Below are positions 59,089-64,000 of a DNA stretch of 64,000 nucleotides, one piece after another. The notes under the pieces were generated by a model. The model saw only the letters and a list, made by a program, of their open reading frames with translations. It had not been told where the DNA came from and ran no database searches. The DNA is from Candidatus Omnitrophota bacterium (lineage in GTDB: Bacteria > Omnitrophota > Omnitrophia > Omnitrophales > Aquincolibacteriaceae). The DNA lies in assembly GCA_043732705.1 (NCBI GenBank), contig JAYTHE010000003.1, positions 10,352 to 74,351 on the forward strand, written 5' to 3'. Every line of letters begins with the position of its first letter. The stretch's first letter is position 1. The translations under genes were made by a program, and so were the position numbers.

Positions 59089-59124
59089 AAAACCCCCGAA
59101 CGGCATAAAGCCATTCGGGGGTTT
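59089..59124 (-). terminator. Intrinsic terminator after tRNA-fMet
   Basis: aaacccccgaa...ttcgggggttt stem with a U-tract on the minus strand. Confidence 0.7.
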
Positions 59125-59128
59125 CACA

Positions 59129-59205
<77 letters not shown>

Positions 59206-59395
59206 TCGAATCAATAAATAAAAACGATTATTCCATTTTCAAAATTAGTTGGCAATAAAGGAAGGTCGAAGTGAGATTTGAGTATTATATCAAAATTCAA
59301 GGCGAAATCAATGCCTTGTAAGGGTTATTTTAGGTATTTTTTGACCTTAACCGCCTATTCCGGCTTCATAGCAAAGGCTAATCTTGAGAAAAGCT

Positions 59396-61471
59396 CTACT
59401 TCTTGAACTTTTTGCGTGCTTTACCTTTTTGGGGAGTTGGTAAAATAGACGATGACTCTTTGTAATCGCCCAAAACACTTTCTTGGCCGTCTTGCCTCAT
59501 TTCAAACTCGCGGATTTTATCGCGATAATACGCCGCCTTATCGAACTCCAAAGCCGCGGAAGATTGTTCCATTTTTTGCTTCAGCGTCGAAAGATAGCTT
59601 TTTGTCCGGTACTCTTCATCCGATTCACCCACGACTTGATGCGTGAACTCATCGGCCTTCTTCCACTTCTCAATTCCGTCGCGAATTTCCTTAATAATGG
59701 TCTTGGGTGTAATGCCGTTTTCCTGGTTAAATTTAAGTTGAATTTTCCGGCGGCGTTCCGTCTCACTCATCGCGCGCTTCATCGAATCAGTCATTTTATC
59801 CGCATACATAATGACATAACCGTTAATGTGGCGCGCCGCACGGCCCGCGGTTTGAATCAATGAAACATCGTTACGCAGAAAACCTTCTTTATCCGCATCG
59901 AGAATCACCACCAAAGAAACCTCGGGCAAATCCAAGCCTTCCCGCAATAAATTAACGCCGATCACAACGTCGTACTTATTCAAACGCAAGTCACGGAGAA
60001 TCTCAACCCGTTCGAAAGCATCAAACTCGGAGTGGATGTAACTCACCTTAATTCCCAAATCTTTAAGATAGCGGCTTAAATCCTCGGCCATTTTTTTGGT
60101 CAAAGTTGTCACTAAGACACGCTCTTCTTTTTTTGTACGGGTCTTAATTTCCGCGATCAAATCATCAATTTGCCCCGTGGTCTTACGCACTTCGATCACC
60201 GGATCAACTAAACCCGTAGGGCGAATCACCTGTTCAACCAACTGGTCTTTTCTCGCCATTTCATAAGGCCCTGGAGTCGCGGAAACATAAAGGCATTGCC
60301 CAACCTTGCGCTCAAATTCATCAAACTTAAGCGGGCGATTGTCCAATGCAGACGGTAAACGAAAACCGAACTCGATCAGATTTTTTTTGCGTGACATATC
60401 ACCGTTAAACATACCGCGCACTTGTGGAACAGTTTGATGCGATTCATCAATCATCATCACAAAATCTTTTGGGAAATAATCGATCAAAGTCGAGGGTGTC
60501 GATCCGGGCGCGCGGCCCGATAAATGCCGCGAATAATTTTCGATACCCGAGCAATAGCCCAATTCTTTCAGCATCTCAAGATCATAACGCGTACGGCCTT
60601 CAAGCCGCTTAGCTTCCAAATCTTTATTTTGCAAATTAAGTTCCCTTAAACGCAAAACAAGCTCGGCCTCAATTGAAGCAATTGCCGCTTTCATTTTGTC
60701 ATTCGTCGTGACGAAATGCTTGGCGGGATAAACCGCAAGCCGCGGCAACATCTTTTGCGGTAAAAAATTAATTGGATCGAGAGAATAAATGGATTCGATG
60801 CCTGTATCCGAAAATTCAACCCGCAGAGGATGTTCGCTGTAAGCCGGAAATACATCGACCTTGCCGCCGCGCACGCGAAATTGTCCGCGTTTAAATTCTC
60901 CCACTAAACGTTCGTATTGAATTTGAATCAAGCCGAGCAGAAAGTCATCCATGTTTTTTTGCTGGCCAACTTCCACTTCTACTAACATTCCCTGCCAATC
61001 CTCAGGCGTACCCAAACCGTAAATGCAGGAAACGCTTGAAACGATAATACAATCAGGACGTGATAAAACCGCGCTGGTGGCGGAAAGGCGCAGCCGGTCG
61101 AGCTGGTCATTGATCGACGCGTCTTTTTCAATATAAGTATTAGAATGCGCGATATAGGCTTCGGGTTGATAATAATCGTAATAAGAAACGAAGTATTCGA
61201 CGGCATTCTCCGGAAAAAATTCTTTCATTTCTGAATAAAGCTGCGCCGCGAGTGTTTTATTATGCGAAAGAATCAATGTCGGGCGGCCGAGCTGCGCGAT
61301 GACATTCGCCATCGTAAATGTTTTTCCCGAACCCGTAACGCCGAGCAAAACCTGCTCTTTGAGTCCGGATTTGAAACCTTTAACGAGCTTTTCAATCGCC
61401 TGCGGCTGGTCTCCGCACGGCTGCATAGATGAAGCTAATTTATAGAGGGACATAACAATATTATAAACCAA
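59396..61471 (-). CDS. uvrB: Excinuclease ABC subunit B (likely start ATG 61453)
   Basis: GVTGSGKT, YYDYYQPEAY, DESH and GRAAR motifs, plus a C-terminal UVR domain. Confidence 0.97.
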   Translation of the reverse strand: MVYNIVMSLYKLASSMQPCGDQPQAIEKLVKGFKSGLKEQVLLGVTGSGKTFTMANVIAQLGRPTLILSHNKTLAAQLYSEMKEFFPENAVEYFVSYYDYYQPEAYIAHSNTYIEKDASINDQLDRLRLSATSAVLSRPDCIIVSSVSCIYGLGTPEDWQGMLVEVEVGQQKNMDDFLLGLIQIQYERLVGEFKRGQFRVRGGKVDVFPAYSEHPLRVEFSDTGIESIYSLDPINFLPQKMLPRLAVYPAKHFVTTNDKMKAAIASIEAELVLRLRELNLQNKDLEAKRLEGRTRYDLEMLKELGYCSGIENYSRHLSGRAPGSTPSTLIDYFPKDFVMMIDESHQTVPQVRGMFNGDMSRKKNLIEFGFRLPSALDNRPLKFDEFERKVGQCLYVSATPGPYEMARKDQLVEQVIRPTGLVDPVIEVRKTTGQIDDLIAEIKTRTKKEERVLVTTLTKKMAEDLSRYLKDLGIKVSYIHSEFDAFERVEILRDLRLNKYDVVIGVNLLREGLDLPEVSLVVILDADKEGFLRNDVSLIQTAGRAARHINGYVIMYADKMTDSMKRAMSETERRRKIQLKFNQENGITPKTIIKEIRDGIEKWKKADEFTHQVVGESDEEYRTKSYLSTLKQKMEQSSAALEFDKAAYYRDKIREFEMRQDGQESVLGDYKESSSILPTPQKGKARKKFKK

Positions 61472-61514
61472 CCGTCTAGATATTCGGCTGTGCCGGGGGA
61501 AAAGGGTTATTTCT

Positions 61515-61868
61515 TTATTTGGACGGGAAAATTGCGGATTGAATCAAATAAGCTAGCCACAGCAGCCCAAGGCCCAATAGTATAGTCATAGGAAAATTCA
61601 TTTTAAGCCAGCGGTTAAGAACAAATGGCACAAAAAATAAAAGCGACAAGGGCACGGATGTCAAAATTGAAACCGCAAACGAATTTAACTTATCCATGTC
61701 ACGGTATTCAAAATAGCTCCAGCACAAAGTTAAAATGGACGTAAGAGGAAGCGCGATCAAAAAACCCGCAAGAAAAGGTTTCTTTCCCGCAAGGGATGAA
61801 ACCGACGCAATTAATGCCGCCGATATGACTAATTTTAAGCCAAAAAGAAAAGAAGCGTTCATTTTCAA
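61515..61868 (-). CDS. DUF3147-like membrane protein
   Basis: Four TM segments with a K..ISA..I..VS...K...LAG...ALPLTS pattern. Confidence 0.7.
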   Translation of the reverse strand: MKMNASFLFGLKLVISAALIASVSSLAGKKPFLAGFLIALPLTSILTLCWSYFEYRDMDKLNSFAVSILTSVPLSLLFFVPFVLNRWLKMNFPMTILLGLGLLWLAYLIQSAIFPSK

Positions 61869-61910
61869 CCTCTGTTTTTCGTTAGCGCTGGGAGAAATCC
61901 AAAGCTAAAA

Positions 61911-62714
61911 TTAAGAAATCAAAAGTGAAAAATCGTGCACAGGAACAGAATGCGTGAGGGCGCCGATCGAAATTAAATCTACACCCGCAAGAGCATAGCT
62001 GCGGACGGTTTTCAGCGTCATATTGCCGGAAGCTTCAAGCAATGTAATAGCGCTGATCTGATTACGGACTTGTACAGCCTTCTTGGCCTGAGCGGGGGTA
62101 AAGTGATCAAGCATGACTACTTCCGCGCCCAAATCGAATGCTTCAACTAGCTCGTCAAAATCACGGACTTCGATTTCAAAGCGGCCGCTCAGTTTCCGCA
62201 AATCACCGAAGCGGCGATGATTTTCTTTCACTAATATATAGTCAAAAAGCCCGAAGCGGTGATTGAATGCCCCGCCCGCAATAACAGCGGCTTTTTCAAG
62301 CTCGCGCCAAAGCGGTGTGGTTTTACGCGTATCTAAAATTTTGCAGCGCGTCCCGCGCATTTCTTTTACGAATTGCGCGGTTTGCGTAGCAATCCCCGAA
62401 AGATGGCCGATTAAGTTCAATAAAACACGCTCGGCTTTGAGAATGGCTTGGATTTTTCCGGAAAGCCGTATGACAGGCTGATTTTTTTTGAGCACGCCGC
62501 CTTCTTTCACAAGAAAACTAATTTTAACGCCGATCAATTTACAAACAGCTTTTGCCGCCTCCGATCCGGAAAAAACTCCGGAAGATTTTGAAATAATTTT
62601 GGCATTTCCGGATGCAGTACGCGAAATCAACAAATTGGAAGTAATGTCTCCTGCGCCGATATCTTCATGCAGCGCGCGGCGGATAGAATCAAGCGTGGCT
62701 TTTGAAAGCTTCAT
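61911..62714 (-). CDS. nadC: Quinolinate phosphoribosyltransferase
   Basis: ED...GDITS, ER..LN, DTRKTTP, NHR.GL.D and EASGN motifs. Confidence 0.95.
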   Translation of the reverse strand: MKLSKATLDSIRRALHEDIGAGDITSNLLISRTASGNAKIISKSSGVFSGSEAAKAVCKLIGVKISFLVKEGGVLKKNQPVIRLSGKIQAILKAERVLLNLIGHLSGIATQTAQFVKEMRGTRCKILDTRKTTPLWRELEKAAVIAGGAFNHRFGLFDYILVKENHRRFGDLRKLSGRFEIEVRDFDELVEAFDLGAEVVMLDHFTPAQAKKAVQVRNQISAITLLEASGNMTLKTVRSYALAGVDLISIGALTHSVPVHDFSLLIS

Positions 62715-62720
62715 GGCTTG

Positions 62721-64000
62721 CTACTTAATCTTTGCGAGCTGTTCTTGGCAAGAAATAAAAAGTTTTCCGGCATCTTCGAGTTTAGCTTTTTCGCCGTCAA
62801 TGACTTGCTTCGGCGCGCGTGCTACAAAGTTTTCATTCGAAAGTTTTTTTGACATCGTTTCAATCCACGGCTTGAGTTCAGCGATTTTCTTTTCGAGTTT
62901 CTTTTTTTCTTCTGCTGGGTCAACCAAGCCCGTAGTTGAAACTAGCACGTCAAAATCCGCGTAAGGCACAACGGAGTAACCATCTTGATTCGAAAAAGAC
63001 GCCACCACTTCTAATTTTTCAAGCTTGGCTAAGGAGCAAATTTGGGAACTTAGCCCGCTTAAGATCGCTGCCTTGCCTTTTTCTTTGGCATGAACCACCG
63101 CAGCCATTTTTTGGGAAGGCGGAGCCCCGATACGCACGCGGATATCTCTTAGTCCCGCAACCGATCTCTGCAAAATATCCATTTCGCTTTCAGCTTTTTC
63201 ATCTGTAAAAACGCAAACCCTGTACACATCGGATGTGTCACCCTGCACACATCCGATGTGTACAGGGTTTGCAGCCCAACCAACATGCATGATGGTTTCC
63301 GGCCATTGATCTTTATCCTTAGCGAGATCGCGAAAACGCTGCCAAATCTCTTCGGTTGTAAAAGGCATAAATGGATGTAAAAGTCTCAAAATTTTTTCAA
63401 GCACATAAAATAAAACCGCTTGCGTGTCTTTCTTGGTCGCTTCATTTTGCAGATAGGGTTTCGCAAGTTCGATAAACCAATCGCAGAAATCATTCCATAC
63501 AAAATGATAAAGCTCGGTGGAGGCCTGGCTTAAGCCAAATTGCTCCAATTCTTTTTCGATCAATTTTATTTTCTTTTCTAAGGTAGAAAGAATCCAACGA
63601 TGCGCTACGGGCAGCTTTTTAATATCCAAATGAAGTTCCGATGACCCGTCTGTAAAACCTTCCAACCCCATTAAAACGAAACGCGATGCATTCCAAAGTT
63701 TGTTCGTGAAATTACGACCAACTTCAAATTTTTCGCGGGAAAGATAAACATCCTGTGCCGAAAGCATGACAAGCGACCAGCGCAAAGCGTCCGCGCCCAT
63801 CTCTTCGATGATTTCCAGCGGATCAATGGAATTCCCGAGCGACTTCGACATTTTACGGCCCTGATCATCGCGCACGGTACCATGTAGATAAATACGGTTA
63901 AACGGTACTTCTCCCAAAAATTCACAGCCCGCCATAATCATGCGCGCGACCCAGAAAAAAATAATCTCCGGTGCCGTGATTAAATCTGATCCGGGATAAA
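62721..64000 (-). CDS. valS: Valyl-tRNA synthetase, C-terminal part (5' end outside the window)
   Basis: FFWVARM, KMSKSLGN, GADALR, FCDWFIE and LLHPFMPF motifs, plus the C-terminal coiled coil (KL.NENFV..AP). Confidence 0.96.
   Translation of the reverse strand, partial: YPGSDLITAPEIIFFWVARMIMAGCEFLGEVPFNRIYLHGTVRDDQGRKMSKSLGNSIDPLEIIEEMGADALRWSLVMLSAQDVYLSREKFEVGRNFTNKLWNASRFVLMGLEGFTDGSSELHLDIKKLPVAHRWILSTLEKKIKLIEKELEQFGLSQASTELYHFVWNDFCDWFIELAKPYLQNEATKKDTQAVLFYVLEKILRLLHPFMPFTTEEIWQRFRDLAKDKDQWPETIMHVGWAANPVHIGCVQGDTSDVYRVCVFTDEKAESEMDILQRSVAGLRDIRVRIGAPPSQKMAAVVHAKEKGKAAILSGLSSQICSLAKLEKLEVVASFSNQDGYSVVPYADFDVLVSTTGLVDPAEEKKKLEKKIAELKPWIETMSKKLSNENFVARAPKQVIDGEKAKLEDAGKLFISCQEQLAKIK

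Overview
A 64 kb bacterial chromosomal segment, almost entirely coded on the minus strand. Ordinary housekeeping genes are present: ppx/gppA (partial), a ROK kinase, ppa, an RluA-family synthase, typA, an APC permease, a DEAD-box helicase, an amino-acid ABC transporter, feoAB, lemA with two TPM genes, tRNA-fMet, uvrB, nadC and valS (partial). Interleaved with these are three giant paralogous ORFs of about 4590, 3366 and 4530 aa. All three share one architecture: an N-terminal signal peptide, a ~550-650 aa conserved domain with TraB/Tiki/ChaN-like motifs (Q[DN]AH, [VL]EG, G[IL]E, FY...R[ED], GGFH), a variable cargo region, and a C-terminal domain ending in -SAA/-TQA. The cargo is divided into unrelated enzyme-like modules by a recurring pentapeptide, R-[SA]-E-x-R. 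I counted 36 copies by eye (20, 2 and 14) and found none in the housekeeping proteins. The modules include methyltransferases, a zincin, an ATP-grasp, kinase-like, lysozyme-like, receiver, GlmS-like, class-3-FBPase-like, PEP-synthase-like and MoaD-like domains. My main hypothesis is a secreted, self-processing polyprotein or effector-cassette system. Giant genes of this kind are typical of Omnitrophota, but that taxonomic assignment is only an inference. The window also carries several families of short palindromic and heptameric repeats, many inserted in frame into coding sequences, including valS. All domain calls are from motif recognition by eye; no database search was run.
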